The notes below the pieces were generated by a model that was given only the letters and a program-made list of their open reading frames with translations, was not told the origin of the DNA and ran no database searches. DNA of 64,000 nt from Octopus bimaculoides (lineage: Eukaryota), in NCBI RefSeq assembly GCF_001194135.2, contig NC_068982.1, forward strand, positions 167,345,063-167,409,062. The letters run 5' to 3'. Made by a program: the position numbers and the translations under genes. This document shows, piece by piece, positions 1 through 15,135 of this stretch (the first letter of the stretch is position 1; the number at the start of each line of letters is the position of its first letter).

Positions 1-59
1 TTCCATTTTTATCATAATCTTTGTCTGTTAGTCAAACTGCTACCTGTGTTGGACACATG

Positions 60-1260
60 TTCATTCTATTGACCTAAAAGCCCCTTAAATTGCAATTCAT
101 ATTCTGTTCCATCTGTATCATTGGAACTGTCATACATTTGAAAAAATTTCATCATTTACTTGAAATACCTTCTCATGTGTCTTAAACCCATTGCACAATA
201 ATATTTGGGAGTTTGAAAGCACCTATCTTTGTTAGTTCCTGGTTTTCTGATACTGTCCTTATGTTTCACAATTTCCTTATATGTATTTTAAATAACTTAT
301 TTAGTGAAATGTCTAATGGCTGTGGAATCTCTAGAGATGACTTCCCGTCTTATTTAAGTGAATCTGTAAAGATAAAATTACAGGAAAATGAAACGAGATA
401 GAATTGATCTCATATACAAAACAATTGTCGACTCTTTAGTTTTTTTTTTTTTCATCCAGCCAAACATGTATTTAATACATTCTTCATCCCTTTAAATGAA
501 CTTCAACAAGCATACCATGTGAACATTTTTCCTTTGATATACTTTTTCTTCCAAGTATTACTATTGATTTAAGTTTTATACCATCAGCTAGGCATACTAA
601 AACTGCAAAATGTTGCCATTCTTGTCCAGTTATTTTAACACTAATAGTGGTGTTTTTCTAAAAAGTTCACTGGTATTACCACGCAGGTTGATAAAATATT
701 GGAGTTTCATTCCTGTTTCTTTTTGTCAACAATACATACCCATGTCTGCATCAAATGATTATAAATTCATGGAATTGTATAGTTTATATTCTCCATATTC
801 TTTGGTAACTTTTGTATAATATGGGTTTACTTATGCAGTGCTTTCATATTTCTATGTAAAAGTCTGATACACCATTTAGCTGAAGCATGGAACTTTTGAA
901 TAATATTTTATTTACTTATGCCTCTGAAAAGCTGTAATGCTTTTATTCTGATAGCCATGGGGACGATAGCAAGTACTTTCAGCTGTTAACATACCCAAGT
1001 ATATAAATCTTTTTCCAGTTTCTTATATAGAAAGACACTACAGCATTTAACTGTGTTCATTTTTGGCATTTTCTTGAGTGTTTCCTTTTCTTTCTGTCAA
1101 TCCCTTCCTAATTTTTCCAACACATAAAGCTCTCTCTCATTACTTCCATTGTCCATATACTTCAACATATTCAATAACACACAACTTAAAACCAGCCTCT
1201 CCGTTTGTTGTTCTGCCTTAAGTGCTCATTGTTTAGTTTTTTCTTTTGTCTCTTTTTCTT
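60..1260 (-). mobile_element. Decayed pogo-family (POGK-like) transposase fossil
   Basis: Minus-strand pieces AGFKLCVIEYVEVYG, VKITGQEWQHFAVLVCLADGIKLKSIVILGRK and QPLDISLNKLFK resemble pogo DNA-binding and DDE_1 motifs; many stops and frameshifts. Confidence 0.8.
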
Positions 1261-1479
1261 ATCAGAAGTAGAATTAATTTCTTAACACTTCTGGTGCATA
1301 TATAAAGAGGTTCAGACTAATGTATCATCATAAGTATGTTTGTTTTGTAACAGAATCAAACTCTACTTAAGTGGTTGTGTTTGTTTTTGTGTGATGTCAA
1401 CAACATATATCTGTTTACAGTATCAGCATCCAGATTTCATAGTAGCATAACTGATATGCCCTACACACTCAATTGTTTG

Positions 1480-2060
1480 TTGATATGTGTGTGGTGCAAA
1501 TTTCAGGCCTAGATCCCTGATGGTTCAGTAAATAAGTTACATGTGACTTTCCATGCAAATTTTTGAGTAAGAAACTGACTTACCTATGACTATATATTCT
1601 AATGTCAGTACAGAACATACTATTGCTTGGTACTCTTTGTCCATTCATATCACCACATGTTCATATTGGTGTACTCATCTCTTTTGCACGCACCAAACTT
1701 AACTCATTGGCATACACAGATCTTCCACATTTAGTGCTCTTATCTCACATACCGCAGTGTGGTATTGTACATTTTATATGTTTCATAAAACCTACCATTT
1801 GTATGAAGAAAGAATAGTTTTGTTGCTAGAAGAGGTAATAGTTCCTGGAACTCCTTGCATCTCTTTGTTATTCTTGCTGTTATCTTCTCACTATTTCTGT
1901 CTCTAGCATTATTTAGCTAATTTATGTCACCAAAACAAGCAAGCAACTAATTTATTGACATCATTTCTTGGGGCTGCCATCTCCTCTTTTTGACTATTGT
2001 AGTGTATCTAGTTTTCTGTCAGTCTCCCAGAGATCCCACTACATTTTTTATATATCCAGT
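1480..2060 (-). mobile_element. Highly decayed RTE LINE remnant
   Basis: Residual GRFY...WAL..ED-like similarity to the RTE copy at 3175-5420. Confidence 0.45.
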
Positions 2061-3174
2061 TTTTGTAAAGAGTAGTTATCTACTTATTCTTTTAAGCCTT
2101 TGCAGTTGGAGTCAGATTTTGTTTTCTAGTACTAATTAATATTTAAAGTAGTTTTAGTGTTGATCACTGAATTATAGACCATATTTCCAGATTTTGATCC
2201 TATTTTATTCCCTGCAGCTCTTTACAGATTCCCTACGGGAACCAGGTTGCCAGAGTGATTAATATTTCTGTTTGGAAAATAATGAAAAGCAATATATATT
2301 ACATGCCAACATGAGTATATATTTGTGTACAAAGCTAGTTGCTTTTGAATTGTTTTACTAAGAATATATATGGCTACATATTTTTCTTATATCAGGTTTA
2401 TCTCTTCTGTATATCCTACTTAAAGAAACAGTCTGTTTCATTAAGTTAATGGGCCCTGATACTGAGTTAAACCCCTTGAAGCATCGTTCTCCTCTGTAAA
2501 GTTATAATGTCCAGAAAATAATTGCAATTTCCTTTAAACAATTATCACAATAAAGTATATAAGTTCCTGTTCGGAATTGAAACTAAATTGCAGATTTCTA
2601 CTGACACTACAACTGATGCTGATCTCATTTTACTTGTTAATTATTTGAAAACAGTTTATAACGAAGAAAAAGGAAGATGTGACATACCTAGTGGTTGTAG
2701 TAACATTGTTAGATTGTGGAACCAGTTTATTATTTTTTTTATGGAGTTATTCAAGGACGTCACTCCTATTGTTTTCTTCAGACTTTAACAAAACACTCAT
2801 TAATATTGCTATTATCTAATATCAGGTTATCCTTGATCAAGTTGGTCTATGATCAAAAGTGTAGCAGTTGTGATGACCCTATCCTTTCTTTTTTTCAGAC
2901 AAGGTATTTCAGGTTACATTTTCCAGTGTAAAAGGAAGAATTGGCTGCTATTTTTAACAGGTTGAAAGACCATGTAGATGCTTCTGTTTCAGCTTGTACT
3001 CATTAATATTATCTTAGTGCTGTTATGGTGCCTACTTAGAGCTAGGCGAAGTGCCTTGGCCACAGTATTAGTGAAAGGATATTAACCTATAACTCCACAA
3101 CTGCCTCTTACGGTATCATGTTAACTGTTCAGTATATATAAGTAGAATGAAATGTTTCTCAGTTGAAATTGGAA

Positions 3175-3224
<50 letters not shown>

Positions 3225-5420
3225 ATGTTTAATGTCTGCTTTTTATGCTGGCATGGGTTGGATGGTCTGACTGAGGGCTGGCAAGCCAGAAGGTTGTACC
3301 AGGTTCCAATCCGATCTGGCAAATTTTCGACAGCTGGATGCCCTTCCTAATGCCAACCACTCAAAGAGTATAGTGGGTACTTTTTACGTGCTGCCGGCAC
3401 GAGGGCCAGTCAGGTGGTACTGGCATCGACCATGGTGTTTTTATGTGCCACCGGCGCAGGACCAGTCAGGTGGCACTAGCATCAACAACACTTGAATGGT
3501 GCTTTTTACATGCCACCAGCATGGGTACTGATCAGGCGGTAGTGTCATTGGCCGTGACAACAATTTCACTTGCCTCAACAAGTCTTCGTAAGCACAGTTT
3601 ATCGCCCAATGATCGAAGGGTACTCTTAAATGGGTTGGTTATGCTGCACTGGCATAGGCCACGGTTACGATTTCACTTGGCTTGCCAGGTCTTCTCAAGT
3701 ACAGCATATCTCCAAAGGTCTCGGTCACTTGTTTTCGCCTCGGTGAGGCCCAATGTTCGAAGGTCGTGCTTCACCAGGTCTTCCTTGGTCTACCTCTTCC
3801 ACAGGTTCCCTCAATCGCTAGGGTGTGACACTTTTTCACACAGCTGTCTTCATCCATACACAACACATGACCATACCAGCGCAGTCGTCTCTCTTGCACA
3901 CCACATCTGATGCTTCTTAAGTTCAACTTTTCTCTCCGGGTGCTTACACTCTGTTGTGTATGCACACTAACATTACACATCCAGCAGAGCATACTGGTTT
4001 CATTCCTCGCAAGCTTATGCATGTCCTCAGCAGTCACAGCCCATGTTTCACAGCTATGTAGCATGGCTGTTCGTACACATGCGTCATACAGTCTACCTTT
4101 TACTCTGAGCGAGNNNNNNNNNNNNNNNNNNNNNNNNNNNNNNNNNNNNNNNNNNNNNNNNNNNNNNNNNNNNNNNNNNNNNNNNNNNNNNNNNNNNNNN
4201 NNNNNNNNNNNNNNNNNNNNNNNNNNNNNNNNNNNNNNNNNNNNNNNNNNNNNNNNNNNNNNNNNNNNNNNNNNNNNNNNNNNNNNNNNNNNNNNNNNNN
4301 NNNNNNNNNNNNNNNNNNNNNNNNNNNNNNNNNNNNNNNNNNNNNNNNNNNNNNNNNNNNNNNNNNNNNNNNNNNNNNNNNNNNNNNNNNNNNNATAGCA
4401 CCTGAGCATTTGCCACATACAAAAACTATCTCCCCAGTTAGCCTTCCTTTGATATTGCTGCACCTCTTATGTGTCCATAGCTTACACTGGGAACATCTTA
4501 TGGAGTTTCTACCTATTCCTTTTCTACAGATTGAGCAGGGCCATCTACCTGAAGGGATCTGTGGTTTGTCTGCCTTCCTACTTATTAAGACTTTGGTTTT
4601 AGCTAGGTTGACTCTAAGGCCCTTCGATTCTAATCCTTGCTTCCACACCTGAAACTTCTCCTCTAGTTCCTATAGTGACTCAGTAATTAGAACAAGGTCA
4701 TCAGCATAGAGGAGCTCTCAGGGGCATCCTGTCTTGAATTCCTGTATTATTGCCTAGAGGACTATGATGAATAAGAGTTGGCTGAGGATTGAACCTTGGT
4801 GGACCCCTACCTGGAATTCTTCACTATACTCATTGCCAACCCTCACCTGACTGATACCGTCCCTGTACATGGTTCACACAGCTCTCACTAACCATTCATC
4901 TATCCCTAGTTTCCTCATTTACCACCAGATAAGGGATCGGGGGACCCTGTCAGAGGCTTTCTCCATGTCAAGGAAAGCTAGGTACAGAGGTTTATCTTTG
5001 GCTAGGTATTTCTCCTGCAGCTGTCTTACCAGAAATATAGCATCAGTAGTGCTTTTCCCTGGCACAAGCCCAAACTGCATCTCATCTAGACTGACTCTCA
5101 TTACCTGATACAACAACTTGATACTTTTGTATCTAATGCATCACCTTTTCCTTTGTAGCAGTTGACTATGGTGCTGCTATACCAGTCATTGGATATGACT
5201 CCTTCATGTATCACCTGATTCACTATATGGGTGACTAGACTATAGCCAATACCGCCAGATATTTTAAGCATCTCTTCAGTGATTCCTGATGGGCTGGGGG
5301 CTTTCCCTGTCTTCATACTTTTAATTGCTTTATCTACCCAAGGTGCTGTCAATTTGGATAGCTGGTCCCTCTGTTGGGAACCAGGTTACAGATTTGATTC
5401 TCTGGGAGTTTGTCTCCGTT
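3175..5420 (-). mobile_element. 5'-truncated RTE-clade LINE (RT, PHD-like finger, 3' UTR, (GAT)n tail)
   Basis: MKTGKAPSPSG, LDEMQFGLVPGKSTTDAIFLVRQLQEKYL, FLDMEKA, LYADD, KGLRVNLAKTK, HSCETWAVTAED and RLRWYGHV in broken frames; N gap 4114-4394. Confidence 0.95.
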
Positions 5421-5744
5421 CTAGAGTGTGGATATAAAATCAGTATCGGTTTTATATTTCAAAGTACTCTCATTTGTAATTATCTCTTTGTGGCCAGTAT
5501 AATGGAATTGTATCCTAAGATATATTACTTGAATACTGGAAAAAGTGGTTTCAAATATTGCTGGTGAATGTGATGTTTTATTGGATGCAAGTTCTGTAGA
5601 AATAAATTCCAGGTAGATAGGTTGAGGTCAGAATTGGATTTCACCTTTTGGTTGTAGTTATTTCACTTTTGTTACAAATGCTCTTAGGAAAGGCATGAAC
5701 ATTGTGATCTCACTTTCTCCTTTCTCATTATGAATCTAGTGCAT

Positions 5745-5796
<52 letters not shown>

Positions 5797-7899
5797 ATGT
5801 TTGAAATTGTATTGAGTTCAAATAATGTTCTTATATTCTGTTACTAGTTTCAACTATTGGACTGCAATCATGTGAGGAGTGAGGTGAGGGTGGGCTACCA
5901 CCAAGGTATTGTAGTCAATTATTTTGACTTGATTACTTATTTCAGCTTGTCTTTATTTCAATAATCTGTATTTATTGAATGACTAAGTTAAATGTTTAGC
6001 ACAAAAAACCACAGCTCAGTGTGCTGTTTTACACTGGGTACACACACATACATACTCTGTTATATTGAAAATGTGATAGTGTTCTGTTATTATTAGTATT
6101 ATTTTCCTTTTTAATTAATGACTGTTCCTATTTACTTATTAATCTTTTATGTTAGTTTGAAACAACATTTTCCTCAGCCCACCTATATTTTAAAGCCTCA
6201 GCTTCATTTTCTAAATGAAGTTGTGATAGAGGCGTATTTTGCCACTGTTTTGAACATCATAAGAAGGAGGTCATGGGAATGAGGGAATGACTTAATTGAT
6301 AAATCCATCATTACTGGATTTGAAATTGTTTAATGGTTAACTACAGTTACTTTCATAGTTTGTGTGCTTTGTCAGTGTGTTGAGGATTGTATCAAGGAAT
6401 GTTAGTTTTGTTTATCTCCCACTTTATAACATGAGTAACTTACTGCATGCAAAATACCTTGAATATGAAATATATTGTAAAAAGGAGGAAATGATTAAAC
6501 ATTATTCTATACATGGACTCTGATGCTGTTGATTTTGACAAATAAGTTTCCAGTGCTTATGATTAATGGAACTACCCACCTGATAAAGTTTAGTGTAAGT
6601 GGCTGAGTATTCCACATGCTTTTACTCATGATATAATCTTCAAGCAGAGTCAACATATGACTGGGTAACAAGGTTATGTCATTAAGAAGTTTGCTTCACA
6701 ATCACAGGGTTCCTGGTTCAATCCCAGTGCTTAGCATGTTTGATAAATGCCTTCTGTGATAGCCTCAGATCAACCCAAGCTTTGTGAGTGAAATTGAAGT
6801 AGATGAAAACTATGTCGAAGGCCATCTGATGGGCTATAATTATGATGTGGGTGTTTGTATGTACTTGCTCTTTTGTCCATGTATGTGTACATACATGTGT
6901 GCTCACACTCACCCCCCTTCTCTTTCTTTAAAAAGTTTCCCTCTATGTAAAGCTTTATGATATGCAGAAAATAACTAAAATTTCATACATTGTGGCATTA
7001 TTATACTGCTAGCTATTGTTGTAGAGACCTGAAGGCTACACTTTGTGAAGCTTGTAGTTGTAGGCTCTTAGTGGCAGGAAACATTTCCTTCTTTAAGTTC
7101 ACTTACTATGTACCGCTATTCAATTTAAAAGTTGTAAAATGAAAAACTCTCTCTCTCTCTCTCTCCACTTCTGTGACTGCTGATTCTGTCTAAGGAGGTA
7201 AAAAGTTTGTTTCCTCACCACATGGTTCTGGGTTCAGTCTCACTGCATGATATAGGTAAATGTCTTCTATTGTAACCTCAGGCTGACCAAAGCCTTGTGA
7301 GTGGTTTTGGTAGATGGAGACTGAAAGAAACTTGTTGTGTACGTGTGTGTGTGGTTTTGTGTTTGTCCCCCCCCTCCCCTTGATAACTGGTGTTGGTTTG
7401 TTTATGTCCCCATAACTTAGCAATTCTGCAAAAGAGACAAGTAGAATATGTACCAAGCTTGAAAAAAAAATTAAGTGCTGTTGTGATCGTGACTGCAACA
7501 CCCTAGCCACTAGGCCATAAAATCAATAGAGCCAGTCAAACTGATGAAATATGATTGTGGTCACTAAACTTGCCACCAGTGGCTGCCAAATCTCCAAATT
7601 ACTCCTTATAATTTGGAAGAAAGAGGAACAACACTTGGATTATGTAGTCCTTTTAAATATACCATTCTCATCCTGCTTTTGAATTGCAGTACATATTAGG
7701 TAAACAAAAAGCTTTAAGGGTAACATGTTTCCTCTCACAAATTGTCTACAAATTTATTAAGCCTTGTGATCTCCACAGTAACCAGCAGTATAATTACACC
7801 ACGGTATTGTAAAATGTAGTCGTTTTATGCATCAGTTAATATGGTCCGTGCCAAACAACAACTTCAAAAGTTAGTCAATACCATTCAGATACGAACTTT

Positions 7900-8370
7900 T
7901 ACCCAACCCTTGGTAGCATGGAAAACAAACAAAACAATAATGATGAGGATACCACTGCCATGCTAGGACAGGATGAGTTGGATAGGTCTTGGCACTAATT
8001 GGGATCTTTGTCATCTGGAATACACAGCAACAAAGAACACATGCTTTAAGGATCAATAATAAGGGGTGGGGATGAATTGATTTTTTTAAAGAACTATTTC
8101 TAAGGCACATGCTATTTATCTTAGGAATTCTTGAGTTATCTCCCCTATTGTCAACCAGTTTGTTGTTCCATAGATGAAATTTCAAAACCATTTCTATTTG
8201 TAATAGTTGTTGTCTAGTCCAAGACCAGCCTTCATTGAAAATATTCGAACCATGTCCTGACCATATCTTTTTCAGGCAGTAGAACATTATCCAGTCTGTC
8301 CTTTTTTTTTTAAAGACTAGTTTAATTTGAGTGAGATTTGGCCAAGGGGGTTTGATGTCCTGCATGAATT
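7900..8370 (-). mobile_element. Decayed RTE-like remnant
   Basis: KDRLDNVLLPEKDMVRTWFEYFQ resembles the RTE linker upstream of RT; multiple stops. Confidence 0.4.
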
Positions 8371-9532
8371 CATAGTTGATGCCCGTCTCAAGAGAAAAAA
8401 AAAAAGTAGTTTTATTAATTGTTATTTGATCTGCAATTTAAAAAAATATTTTTTATTCATTGCTTCATAAAATAGGTCTAATAAATTGTCACTTTTTCAA
8501 ATAACCAGGGTTAATTTTTGTAGTATAGTGTTTTTTTTTAAAGTTTGATGGTATTAGCTTGATGATGTCATACTATCCCTTCAGTATATCCTCTGCATCT
8601 TAGCTTTTGTCTGTCGTGTGATTTGATATCACTATTTTTACCCTTGGTTACCTTCAACCCTGAGTCCACTTGCTGAATGTTTTTGAACCAGGTTTGATAA
8701 CTTGATAAACTGATATCTGTAAGGGAGTACAGATAGAAGTGGCTTTCCAGCAGATGCCCACCGTCCAGTTCTGACAGTAACATTATGGTAACATTATAAT
8801 GATAATAATTTCAAATTTTGACACAAGGCCAGTGATTTTAGGGGTAAATAGATTACATTTACTCCAGTGCTCAACTGTTACTTTATTTTATCAAATCTGA
8901 AAGGATGAAAGCCAAAGTTGTAAGAGCTGGAAGAAATGCCACTAAGTATTTTGTTCAATGCACTAACAGTTTTCTCAGCTTGCCACCTTAATAATGATAA
9001 CAGCAATCCTTTCTACTATAGACACAAAGCCTGAAGTTTAAGGGTGGAGGCAAGTCAGTTACATCAATCCCAGAGCACAACTGCTTCTTTATTTTATTTC
9101 ACCTGAAAGGGTGAAAGGCAAAGTCAATATTTTATGAAATACTTGTAGACCATGTAAATGGTTTCCATATTTGCATGAGTTGGTCATAATTTGATGAGGT
9201 AGATATTTTTATGGCGAGATGTCCTTCCTGTTGCAAACTCTTATCTGTTTCCAATTAAAGCAAGTTTGTCTGTGATAATTTACATAATTTTTATACAATG
9301 AGTATTTCTGACCAAGATTTGTGTAAAACTTAAAACCAGTTGAGTCAAAATAGGAGTTACTGATGAATAATAAAATAGAAAAACTAAAAGTACTTTTGTT
9401 TAGGTTGCTAATATTATTGGAAAATTGATAGACGCCACACTCTGTTTTCATTTCTGCATTCAAACATTTCCTATCCAGGAAAATCAGCAGGTCACATTTA
9501 GTATATTTGCCATATGATTTATGCTTTTCTAA

Positions 9533-9703
<171 letters not shown>

Positions 9704-10354
9704 TGATGACTTAAGAAAAAAATATTACACCATGACCTGACACTTAGTTGGTAACTAAGTATATGACTATATACTTTACAGATGATTTCTAACTGTTTTA
9801 TGTGTTATAATTCTTGACCCAGCTTAAACATGGTATAACTCTATAATCAGTGGTTATTCTGTATCCGTATGCATCTATCCTTATCCTATTCAACCATACC
9901 GTCCATCCCATTTTATCAGCTCTTCCTCACTGCTATGTTATGATGACAACTAGAATTATTATGCACAAGTACATTGTTAATAGTTTCAAAATAAACAAAA
10001 GTCACTTTATAATAGTCATTAACTACACATCACTCCATTGTTTAACTTGGGTAGTTATCAGATTTTTGGAAGTGAAATCAAGAGAATGAAATCTCGTCTT
10101 AAATATCAGTTGGTCTTCCAACATTTCAGGAAAGCTGAAAAATCTGCTTCAAATATTTCAAAGTTCTTTTACTGGTCACATATGTTATTCTTGAATGTGT
10201 ATAAATACTTAATTTTGTTTAATTTGGAATGGTCACTGCCAATACACTAAGCAAGGGGTAAAAATCAACAAACAAAATAAATGGCATCTGTAAAAATTTA
10301 AATTCAATTCTTCTTTCCTCATTACCCTTGTAGGTGTGAATATAATATATGAAC

Positions 10355-10690
10355 CAGCGTCGCCTTCCTGGCACTTGGCCGGTGGCACGTGAAAAGACGT
10401 TTTAGCGAGGTCGTTGCCAGTGTTGCTGGACTGGCTCCTGTGCAGGTGGCACATAAAATACACCATTTTGAGTGTGACTGTTGCCGGTACCACCTGACTG
10501 GCCTTCATGCCGGTGGCACGTAAAAGCACCCACTACACTCTCAGAGTGGTTGGCGTTAGGAAGGGCATCCAGCTGTAGAAACTCTGCCAAATCAGATTGG
10601 AGCCTGGCGTAGCCATCTGTTTCGCAAGTCCTCAGTCAAATCGTCCAACTCATGCTAGCATGGAAAGCGGACGTTAAATGATGATGATGA
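10355..10690 (+). mobile_element. RTE 3'-end short element (SINE-like)
   Basis: Matches the 3' UTR of the RTE at 3175-3600 in the opposite orientation; ends ggacgttaaatgatgatgatg. Confidence 0.9.
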
Positions 10691-10846
10691 AAGTATATTA
10701 ATGAAAATATACTGTATCTGTTACAAATTAAATTTTACCAACAAATACATTTGTTATATTCTGTCTTTGTCTCTCCTCTTATTATCTCTTTGTCTTCCTC
10801 TGTTTCTTATGCATAGTTGTATACAGCAATAGATATGTCAGAAACA

Positions 10847-10920
10847 TCATCATCATCATCATCATTTAACGTCCGTTTTCTATACTGGCATGGGTTGGAC
10901 GGCTTGACAGGAACTGGAGA
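10847..10920 (-). mobile_element. Short RTE 3'-tail fragment
   Basis: (CAT)n ttaacgtccgttttctatactggcatgggttgg. Confidence 0.8.
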
Positions 10921-12837
10921 ATAAAAAAGGAAAGGGGAAATGAGTATAAAATAGGAGGGGGTGATTTTCATTTTCTCAGTAGCCTGTACTTGACTTTTGA
11001 AATATGTTCCTACTTTAGGGAGTAATGAAAATGCTTACATGTCTGTTACGAATTCTTGTAATGATGTCATATACTGCACTTGGAGCTGAACCTATTCCCC
11101 CTCCCCCCACCCTTATTCCTCTAAGTAGTGAGAGTAGTTGAGTCAGAGCCATACAGAAATTTGATCTTCACAATTACAGAAGTCCTCTGTATTTTATAAT
11201 TGCTTCATTGCTTTAATTTCACAATACAAGAAGTTGGAACCAAAATAAAACAAGCAAAAATATACAAAATAAATGGAAAAAAAGTCTTTTGGAAAGGTTA
11301 AGAAAAAGATGTCACCAAATTCTCTTGGTTGATAATTAAATGAATTTTTGGATGTATTTAACATATTTAAAACATTTTCATGAGGGGAAGTTATTGGAAA
11401 TGAAAGGTAAAGATTTCTAACCTGTTTGATATTATCAGTTTTAAGCAACAAGTTCTTTTAATTTTCTTGAAAAGGATTGGCTTAAATGTCTTGTGTAATT
11501 TTTATTTTTAGATTTAGAAATTTGTGATTCTAAACCTTGATGCCAATTATTTATTTTTTTCTCTCATTAAAAATAAAATTTTTTGATATTTTTAAGAGTC
11601 TTGGCTAATTTTCTGATGCTCTAGTAAACTCCCGTTAAGCTGATTCAGCAACTTTTATTTCTTCAGCTTTTATCATTTTGTGTTCAATATTTGTGAACAT
11701 AGGTTTCTTGAAAAACATGTCATCTCATCTTCTATATTGTCCTCTATAAATTTAAGACCTTTGCCTGTAAATAACTGTTTGTAAGGGCTGCAAAACAAAA
11801 AGTTTATAGTGTGCTGAGTTTATGAACCTTTGATTTTAAATTGAAGACACTTCATTACTTTATGCTAATGCCACTAATATCTTTGAAAAATACATCACAT
11901 GAGCTCATTCTCCGTGGTAAATCTATGTTTAAAGCTTTGCTCAAGCTCTACAATAACCAGCTTCCTGATTCTTCCCCCTCAGAATGTCAATTTTCTGGAT
12001 TACCCCAACTTCTTGCATTTTCTTGCAGACTGCGACCTACATATATCCAAATTAAAACAATTTATTTTTTAAAGTTTTAACAGATTACTTCACCACTGCT
12101 AACATCTGTTGTTTTATATATGTATCTTCACAGAAAACAGTGAATGTTTCTTACATTTTATCCCATTTATTTAAATCTTATTTTACTTTGATTGTGAAGA
12201 AAGGTCACATCTTATGAAAGCCTTAGAAGAGTAGAGGAAGTGATTAAGATTAGTGGACAAAAGTGGTCTTTTAAGGATTCGAGCTTTATGTAGTGTGAAA
12301 ATAAACACGACTAGATTAGAACAATTGGCATGTGCAAAGATAATTAACAATAAAGGTTGGCGTCGTCTGTTTATTACTGTTCAATAATTGTGATAAACTT
12401 TCAGGCTAAACTGAAGCATCCAGAATTTTGGACAAGCCTGTCCTTTCATATATTTGACTATCTTCTTGCCCATAGGCATATTTAAATCCACCTGACTTGT
12501 TTTTGCTGTCAATACTATCAAAACCTACTGGTGTCCAGAAACAGACACATTAGTAAAGAAAATGTATCCTACCTTGATTGCCACACTGCACTTCATACAA
12601 TTAACCATTGCATGTTGCAGCTGCAGTGTGGTTCTAGCTGGACAAAAACATGTGATCCATGAATCACACTTACTTATGTGGCCAACTATAGATGTTCCAT
12701 AAAGTTGTTTGTTTTGGTCCGAGACTACATAACAACAGCAACAAAGACCACAACAGCACATATACTAAAAACAAATTTTTGTTATGAGGGAAATACATAG
12801 AAACATAGTATCAAAAGGAAAATTGCATTGTTCTTGA

Positions 12838-12987
<150 letters not shown>

Positions 12988-13777
12988 TAGGTGTTGATTA
13001 CAGACATGTGCACATATGCGCGCTCTGCATTTTGTTTCATATTTTTTGCTAATGTTCTGACAATTGATATTTTGTTACTCGATTGCGCCAAATTCAATTT
13101 TCCCTTCGATCTACTACTAAATATATCTTACATAATCTGGTAAAAATTAAAGATCAACATGTTTTCAAATAATAGAAAAATAAAAAACTTTCCCACCACC
13201 TCCATAACATCACACCCGCATGCCTGATGCTAGGCAAAATGGCTGAGTGCTGAATTTTAGTGTGATTAACTCAGGAGTATAACGTAATATAGGATTTGAA
13301 CTTATAATTATGTGATCAGGAGTCTGACGTCTTAACTAGCAGCAGTTTTACCTCAAATGTCTGTCATTTTTACTATATAGATACATACTTCCAGGTCTTG
13401 CTTTTGCCCTGTTTCTAGCAGCCCTCTTCATCAGGCCAGCCTGGTGTGGATGCTGATTTAGTCACCAATGACCTGACATATTAACAGGTTGTACTTGATT
13501 ACATATTACCAGTAGCACTGAAAGTACCCTAACATAAATGTGCGTGCGTGCACACACACACGCGCACACACTTTTCATTTTTCATGGAAAATTGAGAAGC
13601 GCTCAATGCACATCTCTGCTAGAATTGTTTGGTCTGTTAGAATTGTGTGTCATTAAACAGGTTTAATTCCACATACCTAAATGTTTTATATAGTTGATGT
13701 CAGTTGACTTGAAATTTTCAGGCACTAGGAATCAATTCTGTCAGAGCAACATGCAGTTCTCTGTCTGTCTGTCTCTG

Positions 13778-13811
<34 letters not shown>

Positions 13812-14063
13812 TACTCTGTAAACTAGTGGTCATTAGGGAGGACCTCCAACTGTAGAAACAATGCCAGCATGGAAGGTGGACATAAAATTATGTAGTCTGT
13901 GAATGTATGTAAATACACACATACACACAAAAGCTTTCGTTTGTAACCTTCTATATATTAAAAGCTGATCACAGGCATGGCCGTTTGCTAAGAAGTTTGC
14001 TTCTACTATAGCCCCAGGCTGACCAAAGCCTTGTGAGTGGATTTGGTAGATGGGAACTGAAAG

Positions 14064-14095
<32 letters not shown>

Positions 14096-14459
14096 TTGTG
14101 CTTGCCTATCACCACTTCTTGGCAGCTGGTGTTGTCTTCTTTACATCCTCATAACTTAGCAGTTCAGCAAAAGGGTCCGATAGAAAAAGTACCATATTTA
14201 AAAAAGGTAAGTACTGGGATTGATTCGTTTGACTAAACACTTCAACGCAGTTCAATGACTGAAACAAGTAAAAAGTAATAAATGATAAAAGATGATATTT
14301 AGCAAAGACACATATACGAGCTAATAGCGTTCAATGTCAGTCTACTTAGTTTTCTCCCTTACACAAACACTTACAATGAAGGAAACAAGTTCCAGGGAGA
14401 TTATTCATGTGTGTATATATTGTTGACATGATAACCTTCAAAGCTGTTATCATCTATTA

Positions 14460-14831
14460 TCTATATATATAAAGATGAGAATGTGTGTGTGTATGTGTCT
14501 GTCTGTGTGTCTGCGTGAATCCCTAAAACTTGACAACAACACAACCAATTTCATTCAAATTTTACACATGCCTTACTTAGGGTCCATGTAGTGTCTTAGT
14601 TCCCCCCCACCCAATTTTAACTTCTTGCCAAGTGCGACCCCAGAGCAATATCATATCTCCTCCACTATTGCAGTATTACATGTCAAAAGTGAAACAATAA
14701 CATCTCTATTGTTATGTCAGATATTTTCACTTTAATAGTTTCACTTTAATACTGAAACTATTAAAGTGAAACTATTCTCACGTATATACAGGCATATATA
14801 CATACATACATACTTACATATATATAATATA

Positions 14832-14870
<39 letters not shown>

Positions 14871-15135
14871 TGGTGCTCCATGACCTCCATTTTTCAGGAG
14901 CAAAATCCTTTTAACAGGTTCCATAAGACTGGGATTTTGAAATCTGCGCATAAAGATCAGTAGTATGGGATACATGTGTCATGATTACAATTTTTTTAGG
15001 GTGTGTAAAGAGGGAAAGAACCCTCATCTGCAATTTTGTGAATCATAGGTATTCCAGTTCATTAGAGAAAATATAACAGAAAAGTTTAATTCTTCCATTG
15101 CATGTAACATGGGCAACACCAGGTATCTCTGCTAG
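14460..15135 (+). mobile_element. Non-autonomous Helitron-like element
   Basis: A|TCTATATATATAAAG 5' end, (TG)n, degenerate subterminal hairpin gggcaacaccagg, 3' CTAG|T. Confidence 0.7.

Noticed and set aside
14200-14215. Other AG|GT(A/G)AGT matches (14207, 21766) as recursive sites
   Set aside because: Inside SINE or RTE copies with purine-rich upstream sequence and no pyrimidine tract
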